27,595 nt of DNA from Desulfohalobiaceae bacterium (GCA_021737115.1 JAIPER010000001.1:1-27595), one strand, 5' to 3'. Counted from the stretch's first letter, positions 8,387 to 17,665 are shown. Numbers and translations: made by a program. The notes: generated from the letters alone by a model not told the origin.

Positions 8387-8794
8387 ATGCCTCTTGGACA
8401 AGAAGATTATCAAGCCATTGGCCAGTATGTCCGTGAACATCTGTGCGAATGGCTGGCAGACCAGAGTCTGGCCAAACCCCCTCATGTCTATGAGATCGAG
8501 CTTCGAGAGCGAATGGTTCGGGTGGAAGAAGAACTGAAGAATCAGCGGGAATTGATGAAGCAGGGCTTCGACCTCATCGAAAAGCGCTTCGAGCAGGTAG
8601 AAAAGCGCTTCGAGCAGGTAGACAAACGCTTCGAGCAGGTAGACAAACGCTTCGAGCAGATGGACAAGCGCTTCGAGCAGATGGATCAACGATTTGAAAG
8701 TATTGCCAAGCGGATAGATCGATTCATGATCTGGTCTTTTGGCCTGACGGTGAGTATGGCCGGGATCATTATTGCGGTGTTGAAGCTGACTTGA
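8387..8794 (+). CDS. Heptad-repeat coiled-coil protein with a C-terminal membrane anchor (DUF3782/DUF1640-like)
   Basis: (KRFEQ[V/M][D/E]) x5-6; C-terminal hydrophobic FMIWSFGLTVSMAGIIIAVL. Confidence 0.85.
   Translation: MPLGQEDYQAIGQYVREHLCEWLADQSLAKPPHVYEIELRERMVRVEEELKNQRELMKQGFDLIEKRFEQVEKRFEQVDKRFEQVDKRFEQMDKRFEQMDQRFESIAKRIDRFMIWSFGLTVSMAGIIIAVLKLT
8582..8698 (+). repeat. In-frame 21-bp tandem repeat, 5.5 units
   Basis: Consensus aa(g/a)cgcttcgagcag(g/a)t(a/g)ga(a/c/t); units start at 8582, 8603, 8624, 8645, 8666, with a partial unit at 8687. Confidence 0.95.
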
Positions 8795-8851
8795 ACCGTT
8801 TTTGTCAAGAAAGTAAAAGTATGGTCCACGAAGGCTCACCCAGGAAAGTTT

Positions 8852-11209
8852 CTATTCTCCGATGCGGCTTTCAACCCACAGGAACCGAGCCTGGTCCCCT
8901 TTGCCCTGTTGGACAAGGATGGTGTCCAGGAGTTCCACGAAATCAAAGCGTTCCGGCCGCAGGGCCGCGCTTTTTCTGGCCAGGGATTCCGCAATTTCCA
9001 GATCTTCGCCGTCATCCAGGTAGAGTTTGGCCAAATGGTGCATGGCTTCGGCGTCCTGCGGGTTGTGGGTCAGGGCCTTCTGCAGGTTTGTCCGGGCTTG
9101 TTCCGGATCTCCCTCCGTGATGTCCAGTTTTCCCAGGAGCCGGTAGGCATGTTTTTTCCCATCAGGGATGGCTAAGGCCTGGCGATAGTATGTTCTGGCC
9201 TGTTGCCGGTTGTGCTCTCCTTCGGCCAGCAGACCCAGCCGGAGCAGGCTGAAAAGGTGATCCGGATCCAGTTCCAGGCATTTTTGAAAGCTTTCGATGC
9301 CCTCCTTCCGGTCTCCGGTCTTCAGGCTGACATAGCCCAGATTGTACCTGGCCAGACAGTTCTCCGGTTCCAGGCGCAGGACCTCCTGAAATTCGGCAAC
9401 GGCCCGGTGGATCCGGCCCAGTCTGGCCAGGCAGATCCCGAGAGAGTTCCGGGCCGTGTTGTTTTCCGGATCCATAACCAGGGCCAGATCGTATTCTGTG
9501 CAGGCGCCGGGCAGGTCGTTGAGGGCATAGAACCTGTCTCCGCTGATGGTCAGGGTCTGGGAGTCGAAGCAGGCAATTTGCGGTGGGGGCAGCATCTGGG
9601 CATGAACAAGGGCCTTGCGGCAATTGTTCAGGATTTCGGCCCGGGTCGAGTCGAGGCAGGGATAGCAGCCGATACCGATGGCCAGTGAAGAGGGCCGTTT
9701 GCCTGGAGCGAGTTCACTCAATTTTTCAGCCGTGGTCCGGGACTCTTCTGGACCGAGATCAGGGAGGTAGACCATCAGGCTTTTTGAGCCGTATTCACCG
9801 ATGATTGCCTGAGCCCCGTGCAGTTTTTTGATCTTCTCCCGGATCAGGAGGAGGGGGTCGTCATCATTTTTTTCAGAAGGTCCCGATTCTGCAGTGCCCT
9901 GCAGCCGGATAAGGAGCAGGGAAAACAACGTCCTCTGGTCCTTGTCTTTTTGCCAGTTCCAGAGGAAGTTCTGAAAAGACAGTAGCGGAGAATGCCCCTT
10001 TTCCGAGGTTTCAGAGGGCGGGTTTCTGATTCCGGATCTGGTCAGGGTCAAAACATCCCCCGGGGTTATTTCCCTTTTGGGCTCCTGGATGTAGAGCACT
10101 TCGGCCAGGGATTCGTCCGGACCAACCTCGACGAGCATGATCTCCCCCTTGGGAAGAGGCTTGCCATCTCTGAGAACCGGCCGGCCGTGATCGGGATCTG
10201 ATTTCTCGTGGACGTTAAAACGCTGACCCTCAACCGCCTGGTGCAGATAGCCGAGATCGACCCTGACTCGATCCAGGGAGGTCTTTCGGATGATTGCCCC
10301 GCCATGGGTCAGGATCCTGGAAAAGGCAAAGGGATGTTCCGGGTGGCCTGTCCGCCCTCTGTCCAGGGCGTGGAGCGCGTTTTTGAGCAGGGCCCTGGCC
10401 TTTTCAAAGGAATGGGCCCTGAGTTGAGAACCGTGCAGGTCCTGGGGATAGTTGGTTGAGCCGATCCCCACTCTGATTTTCAGTTGTTCTCCGGTGACGG
10501 GAGTCCTGAAAATGAGAGCGGCCAACCCCTGCTGCAGCTTGACGGCTGTTTTTTTTGATTGTAAAGGTCCTAAACCAGGGATTAAGATAGCAAAGACCTG
10601 CTCCCTGTATCGGGACAGGAGGCTCTGCTCGGGACAGAGCTCTCGAAGTTCACGGGCCAGGGAACACAAGACCGAATCCCCGAAGCGGTAGCCATGATCT
10701 TTGTTGATCTGATCCAGGCCGCGGACGGATACGGCCAGGAGGCTGAAATCCGGTCTGGACTCGGAAGTGGTCAGTTCGAAAGAAGGACCGCCCGGCTGAA
10801 GAAACCGGGCGGCCAGGTCGATGGACTGTTCAATGCGGGAAATGAAGGCTGTCCGGTTCAAGAGTCCGGTCAGGGGGTCGTGTTGCTTTTCCTTGGCCAA
10901 CAGGAGGTTTTGGAGGCAAAGAGCGGCCAGGTGGGCCAGGATGAGTCCGTGGCTGTTGAACCCGTGCGTCTCGATGCCTTTGATCAAAAAGACCCCGAGC
11001 AGTTCGTCTTCGAGGGTCAAAGGGATCAGGGTCTTGTCTTCTTCCGGCAGAAAACAGACCTGATATCCGGATTGTCCCGATATGATTCCCCGGGGAGGGA
11101 CCCGGGGACAGTAGACCGTTCCGGAAGATCCGGGGAATAATTCCCTGAATGTCTTGTTCAGGCTCTCTTCCAGGTGGATAAGCTCTTCAGGGTTGAGTCG
11201 CTTCTGCAT
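8852..11209 (-). CDS. Degenerate tandem GGDEF-like domains plus C-terminal TPR protein, 785 aa
   Basis: HDPLTGLLNR and INKDHGYRFGD are GGDEF-domain landmarks, but the active-site loops read SRYREQVF and GEYGSKSL; TPR helices (ARNSLGICLARLG, ARYNLGYV, AMHHLAKLY). Confidence 0.85.
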   Translation of the reverse strand: MQKRLNPEELIHLEESLNKTFRELFPGSSGTVYCPRVPPRGIISGQSGYQVCFLPEEDKTLIPLTLEDELLGVFLIKGIETHGFNSHGLILAHLAALCLQNLLLAKEKQHDPLTGLLNRTAFISRIEQSIDLAARFLQPGGPSFELTTSESRPDFSLLAVSVRGLDQINKDHGYRFGDSVLCSLARELRELCPEQSLLSRYREQVFAILIPGLGPLQSKKTAVKLQQGLAALIFRTPVTGEQLKIRVGIGSTNYPQDLHGSQLRAHSFEKARALLKNALHALDRGRTGHPEHPFAFSRILTHGGAIIRKTSLDRVRVDLGYLHQAVEGQRFNVHEKSDPDHGRPVLRDGKPLPKGEIMLVEVGPDESLAEVLYIQEPKREITPGDVLTLTRSGIRNPPSETSEKGHSPLLSFQNFLWNWQKDKDQRTLFSLLLIRLQGTAESGPSEKNDDDPLLLIREKIKKLHGAQAIIGEYGSKSLMVYLPDLGPEESRTTAEKLSELAPGKRPSSLAIGIGCYPCLDSTRAEILNNCRKALVHAQMLPPPQIACFDSQTLTISGDRFYALNDLPGACTEYDLALVMDPENNTARNSLGICLARLGRIHRAVAEFQEVLRLEPENCLARYNLGYVSLKTGDRKEGIESFQKCLELDPDHLFSLLRLGLLAEGEHNRQQARTYYRQALAIPDGKKHAYRLLGKLDITEGDPEQARTNLQKALTHNPQDAEAMHHLAKLYLDDGEDLEIAESLARKSAALRPERFDFVELLDTILVQQGKGDQARFLWVESRIGE

Positions 11210-11240
11210 AAAATTTTTGTTTTTGGAGGGTTGTCGTCAC

Positions 11241-11876
11241 ATGTTAGAAGTACAGTGTTTTCCATTGGGGCCATTGCAGACCAATTGTTTTCTTGTCTCT
11301 TACAATACCAGGGCAATCGTTGTCGACCCCGGGGGAGACCCAAAAGAACTGGTTGATTTTATAAAGAAAAACAATCTCACCCTCGAACGTATCCTAAATA
11401 CCCATTTCCATTTTGATCATATCCTGGGCAATACTCCCCTGCAAAAGGCCAGTGGGGCCGTGATTCTGGCCAGCAAAGAGGATGATTTCCTGCTGCAGTC
11501 CCAGGTCGGCGCAGGGGGAGGAACCTTCGGCTTTCCCAAGGTGGAACCCTTTTCCTATGAAGACATTTCCCCGGGGGAGCAGGAGTTTCTCGGTCAAACC
11601 TGCAGGGTGCTCTCGACTCCCGGCCATACCCCGGGAAGCCTGTCCTTCCACTTCCCGGATTCAGGGATGCTCTTTTCCGGTGATGTCCTGTTTCAGCGGT
11701 CCATCGGGAGAACGGATTTTCCCAGGGGAGACACACAGACCCTGCTTACGTCCATTAAGGAAAAGATCTTTACCCTGCCAGGTGAAACGAGGGTTTTTTC
11801 GGGACACGGGCCCGAGACCAGCGTGGGGGATGAGAAGCAGTTCAATCCCTTTTTTCAGAAGGGCTTTCCGTTCTGA
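11241..11876 (+). CDS. Metallo-beta-lactamase-fold hydrolase (glyoxalase II/YcbL-like)
   Basis: THFHFDH (HxHxDH), TPGHTPG, FSGDVLF, SGHG; start moved to ATG 11241 after the GGAGG RBS. Confidence 0.93.
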   Translation: MLEVQCFPLGPLQTNCFLVSYNTRAIVVDPGGDPKELVDFIKKNNLTLERILNTHFHFDHILGNTPLQKASGAVILASKEDDFLLQSQVGAGGGTFGFPKVEPFSYEDISPGEQEFLGQTCRVLSTPGHTPGSLSFHFPDSGMLFSGDVLFQRSIGRTDFPRGDTQTLLTSIKEKIFTLPGETRVFSGHGPETSVGDEKQFNPFFQKGFPF

Positions 11877-11926
11877 TATCCAGTTTGCATCCCCGGGCTG
11901 AAGAGCCCGGGGATGCAAACTGGATA
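11877..11926. repeat. Perfect 23-bp inverted repeat with a GAAG loop (REP-like hairpin or possible terminator)
   Basis: TATCCAGTTTGCATCCCCGGGCT-GAAG-AGCCCGGGGATGCAAACTGGATA. Confidence 0.9.
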
Positions 11927-11939
11927 AGGAGCCTGCCGT

Positions 11940-12677
11940 ATGCTAACGGGAGTGGGCAAAGCTATGGCCGCTTTCCTGGCTCAAATTTTTCCGGCCCGTT
12001 GCCTGCTCTGTGGGCGGGAGGTGCCCGGCAGCCGGCAGGAAAACGGGTGTTGCCCTGCCTGCAGTCAGGACTTGCGGCCTTACCGGGGCGGCCACTGCCC
12101 GGGCTGCGGTCTGCTGTTCGCCCCGGATGATCCGGTTTCCCTCTGCCTGGAATGCAGGCTGAAGTCCAGGCCCTGGAAAGAGTTCGGCTTTTTCGGTCCC
12201 TACCAGGGAGTGCTCAGGGACGTTATTCTCAAGTATAAATTTCAGGGTGGATTCGGGTACGCCCATCTCCTGCAGACTCTTTTGCTCCAGGCCTATGCCC
12301 TTCATCTCAGTCCGTTCGCGCCGGATCTTATTCTGCCGGTGCCCATACATCCAGCCAGGCTGGCTGCCAGGGGTTTCAACCAAAGCCTTGAGCTGGGCCG
12401 GGGGGCGGCCAAATACCTGGGGGTGGACATCTCCTCTCGGGGCGTGGTTCGGTGTCGGCACACCCCGGCCCAGGCCGGGCTGCCGAGGAAAGAGAGGCTG
12501 AAAAACGTGCAGGGGGTATTTGCCGCGGATAAGAGCCTGGTGCAGGATAAAAGGATTCTGGTGGTGGATGACATTTACACCACCGGGGCGACCATGGCCG
12601 CCTGCACCCGGGTCCTGCAGAAGTCCGGGGCTAAAGAGGTGCGGGTCCTGGTCCTGGCCAGGGCTGTGGAAGCCTGA
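11940..12677 (+). CDS. comF: ComF family protein (double zinc ribbon plus phosphoribosyltransferase domain)
   Basis: CxxC x4, PVP.H..RL..RGFNQS, ILVVDDIYTTGAT, VLVLARA. Confidence 0.92.
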   Translation: MLTGVGKAMAAFLAQIFPARCLLCGREVPGSRQENGCCPACSQDLRPYRGGHCPGCGLLFAPDDPVSLCLECRLKSRPWKEFGFFGPYQGVLRDVILKYKFQGGFGYAHLLQTLLLQAYALHLSPFAPDLILPVPIHPARLAARGFNQSLELGRGAAKYLGVDISSRGVVRCRHTPAQAGLPRKERLKNVQGVFAADKSLVQDKRILVVDDIYTTGATMAACTRVLQKSGAKEVRVLVLARAVEA

Positions 12678-12789
12678 TTGGGGTCTCTTTCATCCTCTCA
12701 GGGCTGTTCGAGGATATCAAAACAGGGCAGCCGTATACAACAGCCCTGGATGTTGCCTGAATTCCTGTTTCACTAGCGGAAGGATTGCC

Positions 12790-14286
12790 ATGGATGTCTT
12801 AGACAACCTCACGAAAAAGATCGATCACCTGGAAGAGTTTCCGGCCCTTCCCGGAGTGGCCCTCAAGATACTGGAAAAAATCAAGGATCCGAATGCTCCC
12901 TTGTGTCAACTGGCCGAGATCCTGGCAACCGACCCCCCTCTTTCAGCCAAAGTGCTCATGCTCGTCAATTCTCCGTATTTCGGTTTGCGCAGAAAGATCA
13001 CGAACCTGCCCCATGCGGTAAACTTACTGGGTGAAGAATCCCTCAAGTATATCGCCTTGAGTTTTTCCTTGATCAATCTTTTGGGGACCGACAAAAAGTT
13101 TTTCAACTACTCCCTTTTCTGGAAAGAGTCCCTGACCTGCGCCGTCATCTGCAGGCTCATGGCTAAAGATTTAGACCTGCCTGATGCGGAAGATTACTAT
13201 TTTTTAGGGCTGATCCATAACATCGGCAAGCTGGCCCTGGTCCGGAGCTACCCCAGACAGTACGCCCTGGTCATGGACAAGGTCAAAAAAGAGGGGGCGG
13301 AATTTCATGTGGCTGAAAACGAGGTCCTTGGCTGCAATCATATGGAGGCCGGGGCCTGTCTGGTCAACTCCTGGGGGTTGCCGGAGGACTTTTCTCTGCC
13401 GATTTTGTATCACCATTATCCGCACAAGGTTCCTGATGAACATGTATCCAGTCTATTCAGGGCCAGGATCGTCTCTCTCTCTTTTGAGATCTGCCTCTTC
13501 CTGTATGCAGACGACAAGGTCCTGCGTCTGTCCATGATCAAGGATATGCTCCAGGAGTACGAACTGGCGGAGAGCATCCGCCTGGAGAGCCTGCTACAAA
13601 GGGCAATGGACCAGATTACCCCCCTGGTCCCTCTTTTTGACTTGAAGTTGAACACTGAACTTGATTACCTCCAGATCCTCGAGGACAGCAAGAAAGAGCT
13701 GGTCAAACTCTCCTCCAGCCTGACCAGGAAGGTCAAAGAGCAGCGGGAGCAGATCGCGACCTTGAGTACCCTGGCCACCCAGGACGGACTGACCGGCCTG
13801 AGGAACTATCAGAGTTTTCAGGATGCCCTGGACAGGGAGCTTGCCGGCTGCCAGCGGTATGCTCACTCCAGCGTCCTGGCCCTGGCTGATCTGGATGCCT
13901 TCAAATCCGTCAACGACGGCTACGGCCATCTGGCCGGAGACCGAGTCTTGCAGGAGATTGCCCGTTTTTTTTCCGAAAATATCAGGAAGTCCGATATCGT
14001 AGCCAGATACGGGGGAGAAGAGTTTGTCTTCATTCTTTCCAGGACCTCGGTCAATGCGGGGCTGAAGATCCTGGACCGGCTGCGTGAGAGTCTGTCCAGG
14101 TTTCAGGTGGAATATCGAGGACAGAGAATATCGGTGAGCATGAGTGTCGGGGTGACCTCCTTCTCCTCGGACGCGACCTCGAAGGACGAGTTGCTCAGGC
14201 AGGCGGACGCAGCCATGTACCAGGCAAAAAACAAAGGCGGCAATCGCACCCGGCTCTTTCGCCCTTTTCCCACGGACGGACCTTGA
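12790..14286 (+). CDS. HDOD-domain diguanylate cyclase
   Basis: PALP...DPPLSAKVLMLVNS (HDOD), GLIHNIGKL, DGLTGLRN, RYGGEEF intact; RxxD (RKSD) I-site upstream of the motif; start moved to ATG 12790 (RBS GGAAGGA). Confidence 0.93.
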   Translation: MDVLDNLTKKIDHLEEFPALPGVALKILEKIKDPNAPLCQLAEILATDPPLSAKVLMLVNSPYFGLRRKITNLPHAVNLLGEESLKYIALSFSLINLLGTDKKFFNYSLFWKESLTCAVICRLMAKDLDLPDAEDYYFLGLIHNIGKLALVRSYPRQYALVMDKVKKEGAEFHVAENEVLGCNHMEAGACLVNSWGLPEDFSLPILYHHYPHKVPDEHVSSLFRARIVSLSFEICLFLYADDKVLRLSMIKDMLQEYELAESIRLESLLQRAMDQITPLVPLFDLKLNTELDYLQILEDSKKELVKLSSSLTRKVKEQREQIATLSTLATQDGLTGLRNYQSFQDALDRELAGCQRYAHSSVLALADLDAFKSVNDGYGHLAGDRVLQEIARFFSENIRKSDIVARYGGEEFVFILSRTSVNAGLKILDRLRESLSRFQVEYRGQRISVSMSVGVTSFSSDATSKDELLRQADAAMYQAKNKGGNRTRLFRPFPTDGP

Positions 14287-14359
14287 TTTTTCGGACAGAT
14301 CCGGTGTAGACTCGAGGCTGATTCATAAGAGGTTGAAACTCTTTTGCGGGAGGCCAGCC

Positions 14360-15091
14360 ATGCGGATCATCGTTTGTGTCCTCGGCCTGGTGCTGCTGTG
14401 GCCTGCTCAGGCCTTGGCCGGTTCGGGCCGGGACTATGCAAGGCAGAGGGCCGAACTCATTCAAGAAATTGAAGAGGAGGTCCGCCTGACCAGCGAATCC
14501 ATCGGTCGGGATCAATTTGATCCCAGAGTGCTGCAGGCCATGGCAGCGGTTGAAAGACACCGGTTCGTCCCCAGGAAGCACCGGGATCAGGCCTACGAAA
14601 ACCGGCCATTGCCCATCGGCTTCGGCCAGACCATCTCCCAGCCTTATATCGTGGCCCTGATGACCGATCTTTTGGACCCGGTCCCGGGAGATACGGTCCT
14701 GGAGGTGGGTACCGGTTCCGGGTATCAGGCAGCGGTTCTGGCCAGGCTGGTCAAAAAGGTGGTCACAATCGAGATCATTCCGGACTTGGCCAGGCAGGCT
14801 CGAGACCGTTTCCAGCGGCTCGGCCTCGAGAAGATCAAAGCCGTGACCGGGGACGGGTATTTCGGCTACCCGGAAGCGGCTCCCTATGAGGCCATCGTGG
14901 TCACAGCGGCCGGGGACCATATCCCGCCTCCTCTGATTGAACAGCTCAAGCCTGGAGGACGGATGATCCTTCCGGTGGGAGGGCCGTTTTCGGTGCAGCA
15001 GCTGACCCTGGTCAGCAAGGCCGGGGACGGAACGGTCAGGACCGAACATCTGCTCCCGGTCCGCTTTGTGCCCTTGACCGGCGGCCATTGA
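14360..15091 (+). CDS. pcm: Protein-L-isoaspartate O-methyltransferase with an N-terminal signal-peptide-like segment
   Basis: IGFGQTISQPYIV, VLEVGTGSGYQAA, PYEAIVVTAA, LIEQLKPGGRMILPVG, VRFVPL; RBS GGGAGG before ATG 14360. Confidence 0.92.
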   Translation: MRIIVCVLGLVLLWPAQALAGSGRDYARQRAELIQEIEEEVRLTSESIGRDQFDPRVLQAMAAVERHRFVPRKHRDQAYENRPLPIGFGQTISQPYIVALMTDLLDPVPGDTVLEVGTGSGYQAAVLARLVKKVVTIEIIPDLARQARDRFQRLGLEKIKAVTGDGYFGYPEAAPYEAIVVTAAGDHIPPPLIEQLKPGGRMILPVGGPFSVQQLTLVSKAGDGTVRTEHLLPVRFVPLTGGH

Positions 15092-17505
15092 CAGCCATGT
15101 CCGGAAAGGCTCCTCCTCCCCCGGGCCTCTTCCTGGCCGTGTCCCTTCTGTCGGGCTCCCTCCTTGGGTTTGAGGTCCTGCTCCTGCGTCTGTTTACCCT
15201 GATATACGGGCACCATTTCGCCTCTATGGTCATCAGCCTGGCCCTGCTCGGCCTCGGGGCCGGGGGCAGTTTTCTCCGTCTTTTCCGGACCCTGCTTCTG
15301 CCCAGATTCTCCTGGTCCTTTTTCCTGTGCTGTGTTCTGTTCGCTGCGTCCCTGCCCCTCTGCCTGAGCCTGGCCGGCACAATCAGCTTCAATCCCCTGC
15401 AGGTCGTCTGGGACAAGGGGCAGTGGCTGTCTCTTCTGGGACTGTACCTGGTCTTCGCCCTGCCCTTTTTCCTGGGCGGGACCGGGATCGGTCTGGCCCT
15501 GACCTTCGGCCGCTACCGGATCAGCCGGATCTACGCGGCCGACCTCTTCGGGGCTGCCGCCGGAGGCGGGCTGATGCTGGGCATCCTCTTTCTGCTGAGC
15601 CCGGTCCAGGCCCTGGCCGTACTGTCGGGATGCGGCCTCCTGGCCGCTTTGTTGTCAGGCCCGGCCCTGTTTTCCGGCAGAGGGCTTCTGCTGCCGGGGG
15701 GTATCCTGCTGGCTGCGGCCCTGCTCTCGGTCTGGCCCGGCCTCTGGCCGGAACCGGAGCCGTCCGAGTACAAGGGCTTGTCCCGAACCCTGCTCTTGCC
15801 GGAGGCGGAAAAGATCATTGAAAAGGACACTCCCTTTGGTCGGGTCAGTGTCGTTGAGTCGCCCAGGGTCCCCTTCAGGTACGCCCCCGGGCTCAGCCAT
15901 CGCTGTTCGGCCGACTTGCCGGAGCAGCTCGGGCTCTTTGTGGACGGAAAGATGGCCGGGGTCATCAACCCGGGGAAAATCGAAAAGGCCTCGTACGGGG
16001 GCACGGATTGCCTCCCGACTGCAGCGGCCTACCATCTCCTGGACAGTCCAAAGGTGCTCTGCAACCAGGCCGGACAGGGGCTCTGCATCCTGGAGGGGCT
16101 TCAGCATTCGGCCGGCTCCATTGCCGGTGTTCAGGACAATCCGGCCCTGGTCTCCCTCTTGAAACAGACATTGGGGGCTAAGGCGGCCCTGTACGGCAGC
16201 CCGGAGGTCGATCTTTTTTCCGGGACCCTGCGGGGTTTCCTGGCGTCCGAGCCCGGCCCTTACGACCTCATCCGACTCTGGAGCCCGGGTGGCAGGGGGA
16301 TCTCCCTGCGCGGCCAGCCCCTGCAGGAGGAGTTCGATTTCACGGTCCAGGCCTTTATGGCCTATCTGGACCATCTCAGGGGCGGGGGGTTCCTCCTGGT
16401 CTCCCACTGGCTGAGCCCCCTGTGGTCCGAAACCGTCAAGCTGGCGGCCACGGCCAGAAAGGCTCTTCTGGTCCGGGGGGTGAGCGAACCGAACCAAAAT
16501 ATGGGATTGCTCCTGAGTCAGAGCACGGCCCTGTTGCTGGTCAAAAAGGGCCGCTTTCAGGCCGGCCAGCGGGAGGCGCTCGGGTCATTCGCAGATAAGC
16601 GGGGCTTTCGGGTCCTTTTTTTTGATGAGCTTCAGGCCGCTGACAAGTCAGAAAAAAGAGCGGGTCAAGCCGCTGAGTTGCTGACCAGGATGCAGGCCCT
16701 CCTGGGAAAAGAGGGCAGCGGTGGCTTCAAGTTCCATGTCCGGCCGGCCACGGACGCTTCCCCCTATTTCAACCGTTTCTTCACCTGGAGATCCCTGCCG
16801 GAACTCTGGCAACTACGGACCCGGGGTGGGGGATTTCTGCAGTGGGGCTACCTGGTGCTCATCCTGACCCTGGTCCAGGCGGTCGCGGCCGGGACCCTGC
16901 TCATCCTGCTGCCGATCGGCTTGGTCAGGACCGGGTCCGGGGGAGGCGCCAGGCTGGGAGCGCTGGTCTACTTCACCTGCCTGGGCCTGGCCTTTCTGTT
17001 CGTGGAGATCGGGCTCATGCAGAAAATGACCCTGCTCCTGGGACAGCCCCTGTTGGCCGTGACCCTGGCCCTGGTCTCGGTCCTGTTCTTTGCCGGACTG
17101 GGCAGCAGCCGGGCCGAAAAGATCGGGCTCTTTCCGGCTGTTGTCGCCATCAGCGGTCTCTGTCTCGTCTACCTGCTCTTTCTTCCCCATCTTCTTGCCG
17201 CTTGTCTGGGCTGGCCTCTTGGGGCGCGGCTGGCCCTGGGCCTGGCCGTGAGCGGCCTGCCGGCTTTTTTCATGGGCATTCCCTTTCCGGCCGGGCTAAG
17301 CGCCCTGCAGGACAGCGCCCCTGCCTGGCCCCCCTGGGCCTTTGCCGTGAACGGCTGCGCCTCGGTGGTCAGCCCGCTCCTGGCGGTCCTTATTTGCGTG
17401 CACCTGGGCTTTGCCTGGCTCATGGGGGCGGCCGTGCTGCTCTATGTCCTGACTCTGGTGATCTATCCGAGACTGTCGGCCGGTTCTTCAGGGCCTTATG
17501 CCTGA
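15088..17505 (+). CDS. Polytopic membrane protein with a central spermidine-synthase-like (class I SAM-binding) domain
   Basis: About 7 N-terminal and about 7 C-terminal hydrophobic helices, RIYAADLFGAAAG, PATDASPYF, YFTCLGLAFLFVEI, WAFAVNGCASV; overlaps the pcm stop codon by 4 nt. Confidence 0.85.
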   Translation: MTAMSGKAPPPPGLFLAVSLLSGSLLGFEVLLLRLFTLIYGHHFASMVISLALLGLGAGGSFLRLFRTLLLPRFSWSFFLCCVLFAASLPLCLSLAGTISFNPLQVVWDKGQWLSLLGLYLVFALPFFLGGTGIGLALTFGRYRISRIYAADLFGAAAGGGLMLGILFLLSPVQALAVLSGCGLLAALLSGPALFSGRGLLLPGGILLAAALLSVWPGLWPEPEPSEYKGLSRTLLLPEAEKIIEKDTPFGRVSVVESPRVPFRYAPGLSHRCSADLPEQLGLFVDGKMAGVINPGKIEKASYGGTDCLPTAAAYHLLDSPKVLCNQAGQGLCILEGLQHSAGSIAGVQDNPALVSLLKQTLGAKAALYGSPEVDLFSGTLRGFLASEPGPYDLIRLWSPGGRGISLRGQPLQEEFDFTVQAFMAYLDHLRGGGFLLVSHWLSPLWSETVKLAATARKALLVRGVSEPNQNMGLLLSQSTALLLVKKGRFQAGQREALGSFADKRGFRVLFFDELQAADKSEKRAGQAAELLTRMQALLGKEGSGGFKFHVRPATDASPYFNRFFTWRSLPELWQLRTRGGGFLQWGYLVLILTLVQAVAAGTLLILLPIGLVRTGSGGGARLGALVYFTCLGLAFLFVEIGLMQKMTLLLGQPLLAVTLALVSVLFFAGLGSSRAEKIGLFPAVVAISGLCLVYLLFLPHLLAACLGWPLGARLALGLAVSGLPAFFMGIPFPAGLSALQDSAPAWPPWAFAVNGCASVVSPLLAVLICVHLGFAWLMGAAVLLYVLTLVIYPRLSAGSSGPYA

Positions 17506-17530
17506 AGCCATCAAAAAAAACAAGAGATTT

Positions 17531-17665
17531 TATTTATTTTATAAACTAGAGCGACCACAACGATGGACTTGCGCAGTTGCAAGACGTCTTAATGGTGACG
17601 GCTTTTTAATCACAACTTATCCAACAGATGCCATTAAAGAAGGAGAACGAATATGGCCCAAGTGA
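17531..17665 (+). pseudogene. 5'-truncated remnant of the small toxin-like partner (DUF4258-like) of DUF2283
   Basis: Own translation YLFYKLERPQRWTCAVARRLNGDGFLITTYPTDAIKEGERIWPK*, with no start; overlaps the DUF2283 start as usual for these pairs. Confidence 0.7.

Noticed and set aside
8582-8698. CRISPR-like periodic repeat
   Set aside because: Units are contiguous 21-mers without spacers, in frame in a coding sequence; no cas genes.
8324-8839. 171-aa minus-strand ORF with LLEAFVY repeats
   Set aside because: Antisense reading of the 21-bp coiled-coil repeat.
12520-12789. Long N-terminal extension of the HDOD-GGDEF ORF
   Set aside because: Overlaps comF and lacks an RBS; ATG 12790 has an RBS and begins the HDOD domain.
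14195-15088. 297-aa minus-strand ORF
   Set aside because: Antisense shadow of pcm.
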